Both the position numbers and the translations under genes were made by a program. From an uncultured Bacteroidota bacterium (GTDB lineage Bacteria; Bacteroidota; Bacteroidia; UKL13-3), in the NCBI GenBank assembly GCA_903834625.1, contig CAILJQ010000002.1, forward strand, positions 2,980 through 66,979: a DNA stretch of 64,000 nt. Reading direction: 5' to 3'. A model generated the notes under the pieces. The model ran no database searches. It had not been told where the DNA came from and saw only the letters and a program-made list of their open reading frames with translations. Of this stretch, positions 10,519 to 18,882 are shown piece after piece (within the stretch, counting starts at the first letter, position 1; each line of letters opens with the position of its first letter).

Positions 10519-11799
10519 ATGAATAAATCTGTAGCATTTTATACCTTAGGTTGCAAACTCAACTTTTCTGAAACATCTACCATTGGTAGGGATTTAAAGG
10601 AGCAAGGTTATAAAAAGGTAGAATTTCATGAAGGAGCAGATGTGTATGTGATCAACACCTGTTCTGTAACAGACAATGCCGATAAGAAATGCAAGAAAAT
10701 AGTAAAAGAGGCCTTGCGCCACAATCCCAATGCATTTGTTACCATCATTGGATGTTATGCCCAATTAAAGCCTCATGAAATAGCCAATATTGAAGGGGTT
10801 GATTTAGTGCTTGGGGCTGCAGAAAAATTCAATATTCATACCTATTTGGGTGATGGAAAAAAGAAAGAGAAAGCCGAGGTAAAGGAAGGTAAGATAAAGG
10901 AAGTATTGGAGTATCATGCCTCCTATTCTATAGGCGATCGCACCAGAACTTTTTTGAAGGTGCAAGATGGCTGTGACTACTTCTGTTCTTTTTGCACCAT
11001 TCCATTGGCAAGAGGTGCTAGCAGAAGCGACAGTATTGCTAATGTGATAAAACAGGCTGAAGAAATTGTAGCACAAGGCACCAAGGAAATTGTATTAACA
11101 GGCGTAAATACAGGTGATTTTGGTAATGGTGGGAAAGAGAATTTTTACCTATTATTGAAGGCATTAGATGAAGTTAAAGGCCTGGAGCGTTTGCGTGTAA
11201 GTAGCATTGAACCAAACTTATTAACTGATGAAATCATAGAGTTTGCCTCTAAAAGCAAAACTATTGTTCCTCACTTTCACATTCCCTTACAATCTGGATC
11301 CGACGAGCTGCTCAAAAGCATGCGAAGAAAATATGATACAGCCTTGTACACCTCAAGAATAGAAAAAATCAAATCGTTGATGCCTCATTGTTGTATTGGG
11401 GTGGATGTGATCATTGGGTACCCTGGAGAAACAGATGAACTCTTTTTAGAAACATATAATTACCTGAATGCGCTTGACATCTCTTATTTGCACGTTTTCA
11501 CATACAGCGAAAGGGTAAATACCACAGCTTACAAACTGCCAGGTAAAGTACCAATGCGCACTAGAAATGAAAGAAGTAAAATGCTGCATATTTTGAGCGA
11601 CAAGAAACGAAGGTTCTTTTATGAGCAGCAATTAGGAAAATCGTTTCCGGTATTGTGGGAAGCGGAAAATGATGGAGATGTAATGTATGGTTTTACCAGT
11701 AATTACGTAAAAGTTAAAACCGCTTATGATCCATCTTTTGTCAATGAGATTTTTGAAAAAAAGCTCCAAAAAATAGATGCTGATTTAGTTGTTATTTAA
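10519..11799 (+). CDS. mtaB: MiaB-like radical-SAM tRNA methylthiotransferase (MtaB/RimO-type)
   Basis: N-terminal MTTase domain (AFYTLGCKLNFSETS). Radical-SAM CDYFCSFCTIP (CxxxCxxC). C-terminal TRAM-like region. Start chosen at MNKSVAFYTLGC; the ORF track extends 57 nt further upstream. Confidence 0.85.
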   Translation: MNKSVAFYTLGCKLNFSETSTIGRDLKEQGYKKVEFHEGADVYVINTCSVTDNADKKCKKIVKEALRHNPNAFVTIIGCYAQLKPHEIANIEGVDLVLGAAEKFNIHTYLGDGKKKEKAEVKEGKIKEVLEYHASYSIGDRTRTFLKVQDGCDYFCSFCTIPLARGASRSDSIANVIKQAEEIVAQGTKEIVLTGVNTGDFGNGGKENFYLLLKALDEVKGLERLRVSSIEPNLLTDEIIEFASKSKTIVPHFHIPLQSGSDELLKSMRRKYDTALYTSRIEKIKSLMPHCCIGVDVIIGYPGETDELFLETYNYLNALDISYLHVFTYSERVNTTAYKLPGKVPMRTRNERSKMLHILSDKKRRFFYEQQLGKSFPVLWEAENDGDVMYGFTSNYVKVKTAYDPSFVNEIFEKKLQKIDADLVVI

Positions 11800-12170
11800 C
11801 CCATTAGCGCTTTATTGATGCTCCATAACAAGAGAAGATAGGCTAGCAAGCTTCCCAAAAAAACGGTGAAGCTTATGAGAAAATAATCCACCAAATCAAC
11901 AGACATAAAAAGCCAAAAACCACGCAGCAATTGGGTAGGTTGACATAATAAAGTAAAACTAACAGCAAGCACAATACAAAAGAGCAAGCGTTCACTTAGC
12001 TTTATTTTTTTGAAAAGGGTGAAAGTGACCCAAAAAAACAAAACGCCCATAAGCATGTTGTCTATAAATTTTGTTTCCATCCAAGAGGTTTGTCCAACAA
12101 TATCTCTCAATAAAATGAGCAAACAGAGTAGGATGAATTGATACTGAAACAAAGGCCACTTGAACAACAT
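11796..12170 (-). CDS. Small hypothetical integral membrane protein (about 4 TM helices)
   Basis: 124-aa strongly hydrophobic ORF with no recognisable motif. It overlaps the mtaB stop by 4 nt on the opposite strand. Confidence 0.45.
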   Translation of the reverse strand: MLFKWPLFQYQFILLCLLILLRDIVGQTSWMETKFIDNMLMGVLFFWVTFTLFKKIKLSERLLFCIVLAVSFTLLCQPTQLLRGFWLFMSVDLVDYFLISFTVFLGSLLAYLLLLWSINKALMG

Positions 12171-12195
12171 ACTTATGGGAATTTACTTAATGGGA

Positions 12196-13833
12196 TTACT
12201 CTTTTACTAATTTAACCCAACTACTTTCATGGTTGGCATAAGTAATATGAATAATATAGAAACCAGTGTTTAGTTGGTCCAATTGAAGGATATTTTCATG
12301 GCCAGAACCACTGAAGTGACCCACACATTTTCCAGTCTCATCAAATAGGTTAAATGCAAGCACGGGGTATTCGGTTCGAACCGAAACTGAACCATTAAAT
12401 GGATTAGGAAAAACACATGCAATTGCTTTTGCACTTTGGAGCTGACTCAAACCCGTGATGGATCCATCTGCTTTTACCTTGATGGCAAAATAATCTTTAG
12501 ACTTATTTAATGAGTCATTAATTTGATTACGGGTATAACCTATCAACAATGTACTTAAATCTGAAAGGGCGCGTACTTGAAGTAGTGTAATCTTTTCACC
12601 ATTTTCAAAATAACGTAAATAAACAGAATTCAAATTCTTATCGAATCGTGCAATGAGCAGAGAATCTTTGCCAATGAAGGGTTCAAACCCATACGTTTCC
12701 TTTCTATAATTAGTCATATAGGCAATTGTTAACCCATTGTCATATAAACGGTCCAAACAATTGTTTAATGCAGGGGAAATGAACAATGGATTTCCTGGCA
12801 TAAATACATTAATTTTCCTGTTGCCAATTGAAGGAATAAAGGTATCCACCGGATTCATAAAAACAGAATCAATGGTATAGTTGCCTATAAATAAGCCCTG
12901 ATATTTTCCACCTATATTTTTACCAGCCATGAAGAACAAACTTGGATCTTCTGGGTTTTTCATAAGGCCAATTGGAGGACCAGCCACTGATGAAGGATTT
13001 GAAGGATTATCTTCAAAATAATTACATCCAAATGTAGGTATTTCACGCAGGGTTGAATCAAAAACTCTGAATTGTTCACCGCCCCAATCACCTCCAGATT
13101 TAACGCTTACAAATTTATTATCTGAAAGTTGAATGATTTCTTTTGAAACCACATTTGGATTAAATAATGCGATACTAGAATCTTTACCCGGTTTATGGTA
13201 TAGCGTATCCAAATAAAGATGGTCAAAATTTCCATTTGTTTCCAATGTATAGTAACATGTAAGTAAGTTATTAAGTTTACCTGAATAAAAAGGCCCAGGA
13301 TAAAAGTTAATGACAAATGCACCATAAAAACCGCCGCCTAGTTTGGACTTATAACTCAAACTGCTAATGTTATATGGGTATATAGTAGGATAGGTTTGCG
13401 TTCTGTTTTCAGAAAAATGTAAACTCTTGTCAAATGAAAACAATTCTACATTCTGCATTAACATTGTATCCATAACTCCATACTTCATTTTCCGGCCCGA
13501 TACACCATAAATTTGAAGCATGTTATTTACAATTTCAAACCCAAATATTTTGAAATATTTTGAAACTGGAAGTTGATGAATAGTGGAATCTAACACAACG
13601 CCATTAAGATTGGTTTTATACCAGTAAATAGATTGACTTGAATCTGACTTTGCTTCCACAAGACCCAAAAAAAGAAGTGTATTTATGTCAAGTTGCTTGG
13701 CATCTATCCATTCTTCATCAAAAGTTTTGGTATAATTATTTGGCATTGCTTCCTTCCAAAAAATCGATTGGGAGTATGCCGGAAAAGCCGATACAAATAG
13801 TAAAAATAAATTAAGTAATTTCATTGTAATCAA
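12196..13833 (-). CDS. Secreted protein of unknown function with a T9SS type-A (Por) C-terminal sorting domain
   Basis: 545 aa. Signal peptide MKLLNLFLLFVSAFPAYSQ. C-terminus ...CVFPNPFNGSVSVR...GFYIIHITYANHESSWVKLVKE matches the Por-secretion C-terminal-domain pattern. A 2-nt gap separates it from the upstream lipoprotein gene, so the two look like an operon. Confidence 0.7.
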   Translation of the reverse strand: MITMKLLNLFLLFVSAFPAYSQSIFWKEAMPNNYTKTFDEEWIDAKQLDINTLLFLGLVEAKSDSSQSIYWYKTNLNGVVLDSTIHQLPVSKYFKIFGFEIVNNMLQIYGVSGRKMKYGVMDTMLMQNVELFSFDKSLHFSENRTQTYPTIYPYNISSLSYKSKLGGGFYGAFVINFYPGPFYSGKLNNLLTCYYTLETNGNFDHLYLDTLYHKPGKDSSIALFNPNVVSKEIIQLSDNKFVSVKSGGDWGGEQFRVFDSTLREIPTFGCNYFEDNPSNPSSVAGPPIGLMKNPEDPSLFFMAGKNIGGKYQGLFIGNYTIDSVFMNPVDTFIPSIGNRKINVFMPGNPLFISPALNNCLDRLYDNGLTIAYMTNYRKETYGFEPFIGKDSLLIARFDKNLNSVYLRYFENGEKITLLQVRALSDLSTLLIGYTRNQINDSLNKSKDYFAIKVKADGSITGLSQLQSAKAIACVFPNPFNGSVSVRTEYPVLAFNLFDETGKCVGHFSGSGHENILQLDQLNTGFYIIHITYANHESSWVKLVKE

Positions 13834-13835
13834 TA

Positions 13836-15188
13836 TTAAAAACCTGGAACATAAGCATTAGGATCTGGCACGATTGTCCTTTTTGCAAACCTAAATTTGT
13901 ATAGGTACTTGTACTTCAGTTTTACGCAGGCATCAGGAAAATAGGTTAAATCAAAAGGAGTAAAGTGTTGCATTGTGTTAGAAAATAACATCTCTGGATA
14001 ACAAATATTTGAACAGTTAATTTCGTTTGGATTGTAAATTGGAATAATATCTAATCGATAGAAAACCCTATTTGGATTTACATCCAAAGCACGTGCTTTG
14101 TAATAAATAGAAGGGATTTTATTTAAATAATAATTTAATTGATTTGACGTAAGTTGAATAGGTTGCCAGACAGAATAGGTAGGATTTGCCGTTGCCGTTA
14201 GATTTGTGATAGACTCTGAACCACTACAAAACTTTGACATGATAACAGATGGAAATAACTGAGTAGATCTATCTGTGAGTTGGTTAGAATTATACCACGG
14301 GTTATCTTTAATGAAGGTAGTTTTATAATCAAACAAGTTATCATTTGATATTTCGGTATATACATACTTATACCCTTGTGGAGCCGCGGCCGGCCAACCA
14401 ATGGTATTAAAAATATTATTATTCCCATAGGTCTCTAACATTTTAGCAGCACCTGCAGGTCCAACACTTCCTGTTGGAAGGTTATTCGTGCTTGCGCCAC
14501 CATACCAAACATATTTACCCCATGCCTCTAACACCAATCCATTCCCCATGGTGGGTGTATTTTCAATAGGGTCTCTCCCGCCAATTACATAGGGAAGTCC
14601 TCCTCCTATTGGAGTAAAATTTCTTTCATTTCCATAACCCATTCGGTAATTGGTTCCAGGGGCAAAGTAATTCATCCCAGTGCTGGGGTTGATTGCTTTT
14701 CCTAAGGCTAATCCAAATGACATTCTTCCTTTCATAATTCTAATAATTTGTGTGCCTTGATTTGCCGAAGGGTCAATTTTAATAGAATACATTCTTTCAT
14801 TTGGATCAAGCCAACCTTGGAGACTACTTTTCAATGAAATGATTTGCGAACACAGACTCGAAAAAGCCATCACATTAGTTGAACTAGGCAGCAAATTCAA
14901 TTGGTACGAGCTATCCACAAAATCTAATAACATAGAATCACAATCTGTAATGAAGGCAGAGGATAAGACGTTCGCATAATATAACACACTATCTGCAGGG
15001 ACCCATTCAGAGGTCTTATTTCTGCTTTCAAGGGGTTGTTTGCTCATTTGAATAAACTTTTTAACAATAGTATATGCAGCATTGTTATCATTTGCTTGCT
15101 CACTATTTTTCATTGATCTTTCTTGCTTTTTGCAAGCCCCTGCGCACAAAACAAGGATTGAAATAAGTGCAATGGTTGTTTTTTTCAT
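13836..15188 (-). CDS. Lipoprotein of unknown function
   Basis: 450 aa. Lipoprotein signal MKKTTIALISILVLCAGAC (lipobox + Cys). No catalytic motif recognised. Confidence 0.65.
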   Translation of the reverse strand: MKKTTIALISILVLCAGACKKQERSMKNSEQANDNNAAYTIVKKFIQMSKQPLESRNKTSEWVPADSVLYYANVLSSAFITDCDSMLLDFVDSSYQLNLLPSSTNVMAFSSLCSQIISLKSSLQGWLDPNERMYSIKIDPSANQGTQIIRIMKGRMSFGLALGKAINPSTGMNYFAPGTNYRMGYGNERNFTPIGGGLPYVIGGRDPIENTPTMGNGLVLEAWGKYVWYGGASTNNLPTGSVGPAGAAKMLETYGNNNIFNTIGWPAAAPQGYKYVYTEISNDNLFDYKTTFIKDNPWYNSNQLTDRSTQLFPSVIMSKFCSGSESITNLTATANPTYSVWQPIQLTSNQLNYYLNKIPSIYYKARALDVNPNRVFYRLDIIPIYNPNEINCSNICYPEMLFSNTMQHFTPFDLTYFPDACVKLKYKYLYKFRFAKRTIVPDPNAYVPGF

Positions 15189-15189
15189 G

Positions 15190-15222
15190 GTGTCAATTTG
15201 TTTTTTGCTCGCAAATTGACAC
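15190..15222. promoter_or_regulatory. Perfect 11-bp inverted repeat GTGTCAATTTG-N11-CAAATTGACAC. It is a candidate operator for the divergent XRE regulator and/or a 5'-UTR stem-loop of the lipoprotein mRNA.
   Basis: Arms at 15190-15200 and 15212-15222 are exact reverse complements. The repeat begins 2 nt upstream of the lipoprotein start codon (15186-15188, minus strand). It lies in the 121-bp divergent intergenic region shared with the HTH gene at 15310. Confidence 0.5.
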
Positions 15223-15309
15223 TTTCAATTGGTATCATTTTAACAACTAATTTATTATTTTGATAGTATTATTTCGATAATGTAAATTTTTAATCATTCA
15301 AATTGCAGC

Positions 15310-15678
15310 ATGCATTTGGGGTTAAAATTGAAAATATTGCGTTTAAGTAAGGGGATTACCCAAGAGGAATTAGCAGATCAAGTTCACAAGACCCGCCCTC
15401 TAATTAGCAATATTGAACAAAAAGGCAAAGTGGGTTACCAAACCTTAAGAGACATCTGCAAGGTATTGGGGGTAAGTCCAGATGAAATCATGAATGAAAT
15501 GAATGAACCCAGAGAATATTATGAGCCTCTAAGACCCCATAAACAAAATGAATCAATTGTGCAATTCCAAAAAGAAATTGAGCAGCTTCAACTCTTGGTA
15601 AAATCTCAATACGAAGTGATACAGTTCTTGAAAGAGAAACTTCAATCTTTAGAGCAAAAGACTTCAAAAAAGAAGTAA
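15310..15678 (+). CDS. XRE-family helix-turn-helix transcriptional regulator with a C-terminal coiled coil
   Basis: N-terminal LKILRLSKGITQEELADQVHKTRPLISNIEQ is a classic Cro/C1-type HTH. The C-terminal heptad-like segment IEQLQLLVKSQYEVIQFLKEKLQSLEQK suggests dimerisation. Confidence 0.75.
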   Translation: MHLGLKLKILRLSKGITQEELADQVHKTRPLISNIEQKGKVGYQTLRDICKVLGVSPDEIMNEMNEPREYYEPLRPHKQNESIVQFQKEIEQLQLLVKSQYEVIQFLKEKLQSLEQKTSKKK

Positions 15679-15752
15679 GTGCAAAACCTAATAATTTCTT
15701 CACATAATTATTCATTTAGTACTATTATCTTGCTCGTAAAATTCCATCCACA

Positions 15753-16472
15753 ATGAGCGGATTTCAAATATTTATTAAGGGCAAGAATCTTGAAATCTGT
15801 GATTCAGATGAGTTAACAGACTATTTCAACTCACATGCAGAAATGCCAAGGTCGGCCATAACACCAGATTTAGTGGCAGTTTGTTTATGTGGTGGCAATA
15901 GTAGCAGAATGGGCGAACCTAAGTTTTTGTTAAACTACCATGGCGTACCCCAGTTCCAGCAAATACAAGCCAATATGGATCAATTAGGCATACCTTGTTA
16001 CTTTTCCTGTAAAGCAGAACAATCCCACCTATTTCCTGAAGGCGCTCCCCTTTTGTTCGATACAGAAGTATTTTCCAATGCTGGGCCAATGAGTGGTTTA
16101 CTTAGCGCTGCAAAAGAACTAGAAGGTAAGGCCATTTTATTAATTGGTTGCGATTACCCATTGGTTCAATTACCTCATCTACGTATGTTAGCCAATAGTT
16201 ATTTGGCCATAACAGAAACATGTTGTTATTACAATTTCTACGAACAAAGACCAGAGTGCTTGTTAGCAGCATACCACCCCGATGATATTGAACAAATAAG
16301 GCTTGAATTCTCAGAGGGAAAACTATCTCTTACCAATTTCTTAAACCAAATAGATTGCTTAAAAATTGTGCCTGAAAATGCTCAAATTCTACAAAGTTTT
16401 AATAGCCCCGCAGATGTCAAGGATTTTGCAACACTATTAGTCGCTTCACAACAAAAGAATCCTGTTTTTTAA
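15753..16472 (+). CDS. MobA-like nucleotidyltransferase (molybdenum-cofactor guanylyl/cytidylyl-transferase family)
   Basis: VCLCGGNSSRMGEPKFLL (GG-x-S-x-RMG-x-K), GPMSGLLSA and LIGCDYPLV match the conserved MobA/MocA blocks. There is a roughly 30-aa N-terminal extension; an alternative start is Met31 at 15843. Confidence 0.6.
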   Translation: MSGFQIFIKGKNLEICDSDELTDYFNSHAEMPRSAITPDLVAVCLCGGNSSRMGEPKFLLNYHGVPQFQQIQANMDQLGIPCYFSCKAEQSHLFPEGAPLLFDTEVFSNAGPMSGLLSAAKELEGKAILLIGCDYPLVQLPHLRMLANSYLAITETCCYYNFYEQRPECLLAAYHPDDIEQIRLEFSEGKLSLTNFLNQIDCLKIVPENAQILQSFNSPADVKDFATLLVASQQKNPVF

Positions 16473-17817
16473 TCCCTACAAAATACAAACCTGGGTCATT
16501 TAATGTAATGTTATTTCGGTCTGAACCGATGTCAATTTTAGCGCCCCATTCATTCCAAACGTTGATATCATAATCACCTTGGGGTTGGATAACAAGAGAC
16601 TCTCCTACTGTGATAGGATTGGCAAAAAACCATGCATCCTTTTCATACAATGCAGGTGAAATATTTGCAGGAATTTCTTTGGTTTCAAATGTATCAACCG
16701 CTCCAAATTCAGAACAGGTATTCCCGGCAGTTATTGCCCTTACTCTCCATGCATAAGGCCAAGTGCCAAATAAACTTGCCACAGCAGTGGTATCAAATAC
16801 CAATTTATCAAAATTGAGAATAGACCAATCACCAAATCTTGCTACTTGCACGTGGTAGGCCATTGCACCAGGTATTTTATTCCATTGTAAGGTAGCATTT
16901 TTTGCATTTACCGCCTTTTGGTTAGGCGAGGGCACTATTTTTTGAGGTGGTGGCAGTTTGGTTAGGTCAGTAGAAATGGCTTCAATATTTCTTGTATTGA
17001 GGTCGTTTCGCATGGCTTCCATTTGTTCTGCACTGAACCTAGATTGGCAATAATCTGAAGAATAACTCATATACATGGAGCTATCTGGTCTGAACAAAAC
17101 ATTATTAGGATCTTTCAATAAATAAGGCAAAGGGCAACCCCATCTGCTAGAAACATAATCGGCTTTGGTGTCACAAAATCCATCCCCGGCAGTTCTACAA
17201 TTGGTTAAATCTATTTTCTCTATTTCACCGGGCGCACCTCCTCCCTCCCATCCAAAAAAGGTATGAGGCAAACCAAAGAAATGTCCCAACTCATGAGCAA
17301 GGGTTGTAGCATTGGGACCTTGACAGCTATTTTTAATAAACACCACATCTAAACCACCAAAATACACCCCACACCATTGCATACCTACCCCATGGAAAAA
17401 TACATTTACAGCCCCATTAAGTTTATAGCCATCTGCATTGGTGTATATAGCGTCCATATCACCTTTATAAAAATCATCGTTGTTTATGTATGAGATAGAA
17501 TCAGCAAGAAAAAAATGAAACCCTACTGGAGCAAATCGCTCATTTAATTCACATAAAGTTTGCAACAAAGAACTTACTGCATAATACCCCAAACCCTGGT
17601 TATTGCCTATGATATGAATTTTTATTGGAACATATTTAGTGGCCTTTTTACCTAATGGAATTTGCCCTATTTCTAATTGCTGTTGAAATTGGCGCAAAGC
17701 CTTCATTTTTTGCGCGGGCATTTGGGTAGCGCACCCTTCTGTTTGAGAAAAAAGATTGTTACCTAACAAACTAACAAACAGGAGAATAATAATTTTTTTA
17801 AGCATTGTTTCAAACAT
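16417..17817 (-). CDS. Secreted M43-family (pappalysin/cytophagalysin-like) zinc metalloprotease, probably T9SS cargo
   Basis: HELGHFFGLPHTF zincin motif. Signal peptide MLKKIIILLFVSLLGNNLFSQ; the ORF track extends to 17892. The C-terminal roughly 80 aa ends in GLYFVGIKKQDSFVVKRLIVLQNP, which resembles a T9SS sorting domain. It overlaps the MobA-like gene's 3' end by 56 nt (convergent). Confidence 0.7.
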   Translation of the reverse strand: MFETMLKKIIILLFVSLLGNNLFSQTEGCATQMPAQKMKALRQFQQQLEIGQIPLGKKATKYVPIKIHIIGNNQGLGYYAVSSLLQTLCELNERFAPVGFHFFLADSISYINNDDFYKGDMDAIYTNADGYKLNGAVNVFFHGVGMQWCGVYFGGLDVVFIKNSCQGPNATTLAHELGHFFGLPHTFFGWEGGGAPGEIEKIDLTNCRTAGDGFCDTKADYVSSRWGCPLPYLLKDPNNVLFRPDSSMYMSYSSDYCQSRFSAEQMEAMRNDLNTRNIEAISTDLTKLPPPQKIVPSPNQKAVNAKNATLQWNKIPGAMAYHVQVARFGDWSILNFDKLVFDTTAVASLFGTWPYAWRVRAITAGNTCSEFGAVDTFETKEIPANISPALYEKDAWFFANPITVGESLVIQPQGDYDINVWNEWGAKIDIGSDRNNITLNDPGLYFVGIKKQDSFVVKRLIVLQNP

Positions 17818-17876
17818 AATATTTTCCTGTGAACAAATAGATTGATAAGAAAACTTTTTTAATAAGAAGGCTTTTT

Positions 17877-17884
17877 TACTTTTG
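17877..17884 (+). promoter_or_regulatory. Candidate -7 box TACTTTTG (TAnnTTTG) for hbd
   Basis: Located 19 nt upstream of the ATG at 17903, with a T-rich stretch about 20 nt further upstream. Confidence 0.35.
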
Positions 17885-17902
17885 CGCTGCAATTACAGCA
17901 AA

Positions 17903-18790
17903 ATGAAGAACATAACAGTTATAGGATCAGGAACCATGGGCAACGGTATTGCACATGTGTTTGCACAAAACAATTACAAGGTAAATTTAATTGATGTAAA
18001 CGAAGCTCAATTGAAGAAAGCCATTGAAACCATTGGCAAAAACCTTGACAGAATGGTAAGCAAAGGTAGCATTACCGAAGAAACAAAATTGGCTACTTTG
18101 GCAAATATTACCACTTTCACCAGCTTAAAAGATGCCAGTGCCAACGCAGATTTAATCGTTGAGGCAGCAAGTGAAAACATTAATATCAAACTCGATATTT
18201 TCAAACAAATTGATGAGTATGCACCTTCGCATTGCATTTTGGCGTCAAACACCTCTTCTATTTCAATTACTAAAATAGCCAGTGTAACCAAACGTCCTGA
18301 AAAGGTTATTGGTATGCACTTTATGAATCCAGTGCCAGTAATGAAATTGGTAGAAGTAATTAATGGCTATAAAACTTCAAAGGAAGTGAGTTTGGCTATT
18401 GTAAATCTTTCAAAAGCCATTGGAAAAATCCCTGCAGAAGCCAATGATTATGCAGGTTTTATTGCCAATCGTATTTTGATGCCTATGATTAATGAAGCCA
18501 TCATTTGTTTACAGAGTGGTGTAGGTACAGTAGAATCTATTGATACAGTGATGAAGTTGGGTATGGCGCATCCAATGGGGCCATTACAATTGGCTGATTT
18601 CATTGGCTTAGATGTTTGTTTAGCCATTATGAATGTGTTGTATGATGGTTTAGGAGATACTAAATATGCTCCAAGCCCGCTATTGGTTAACATGGTAACT
18701 GCTGGAATTCTTGGTGTAAAATCTGGAGAAGGATTTTATGTATACACCCCTGGTAGTAAAGAATTGGTTGTATCACCTAGGTTCAACTAA
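17903..18790 (+). CDS. hbd: 3-hydroxybutyryl-CoA (3-hydroxyacyl-CoA) dehydrogenase
   Basis: Rossmann motif ITVIGSGTMGNGIA plus the C-terminal 3HCDH domain. Start chosen at MKNITVIG; the ORF track begins 21 nt earlier. Confidence 0.85.
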   Translation: MKNITVIGSGTMGNGIAHVFAQNNYKVNLIDVNEAQLKKAIETIGKNLDRMVSKGSITEETKLATLANITTFTSLKDASANADLIVEAASENINIKLDIFKQIDEYAPSHCILASNTSSISITKIASVTKRPEKVIGMHFMNPVPVMKLVEVINGYKTSKEVSLAIVNLSKAIGKIPAEANDYAGFIANRILMPMINEAIICLQSGVGTVESIDTVMKLGMAHPMGPLQLADFIGLDVCLAIMNVLYDGLGDTKYAPSPLLVNMVTAGILGVKSGEGFYVYTPGSKELVVSPRFN

Positions 18791-18804
18791 AAAAAATCAA
18801 CTCA

Positions 18805-18845
18805 AATCCCCGGTATTTTTTTTCTAAAATACCGGGGATTTTTTA
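18805..18845 (+). terminator. Rho-independent terminator downstream of hbd
   Basis: AATCCCCGGTATTTT...AAAATACCGGGGATT forms a roughly 13-15-bp stem. It is followed by TTTTTTAT and sits 15 nt after the hbd stop. Confidence 0.7.
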
Positions 18846-18882
18846 TGTAATTGCTCAAAGAAAAAGTTACAAAAACCATCAC

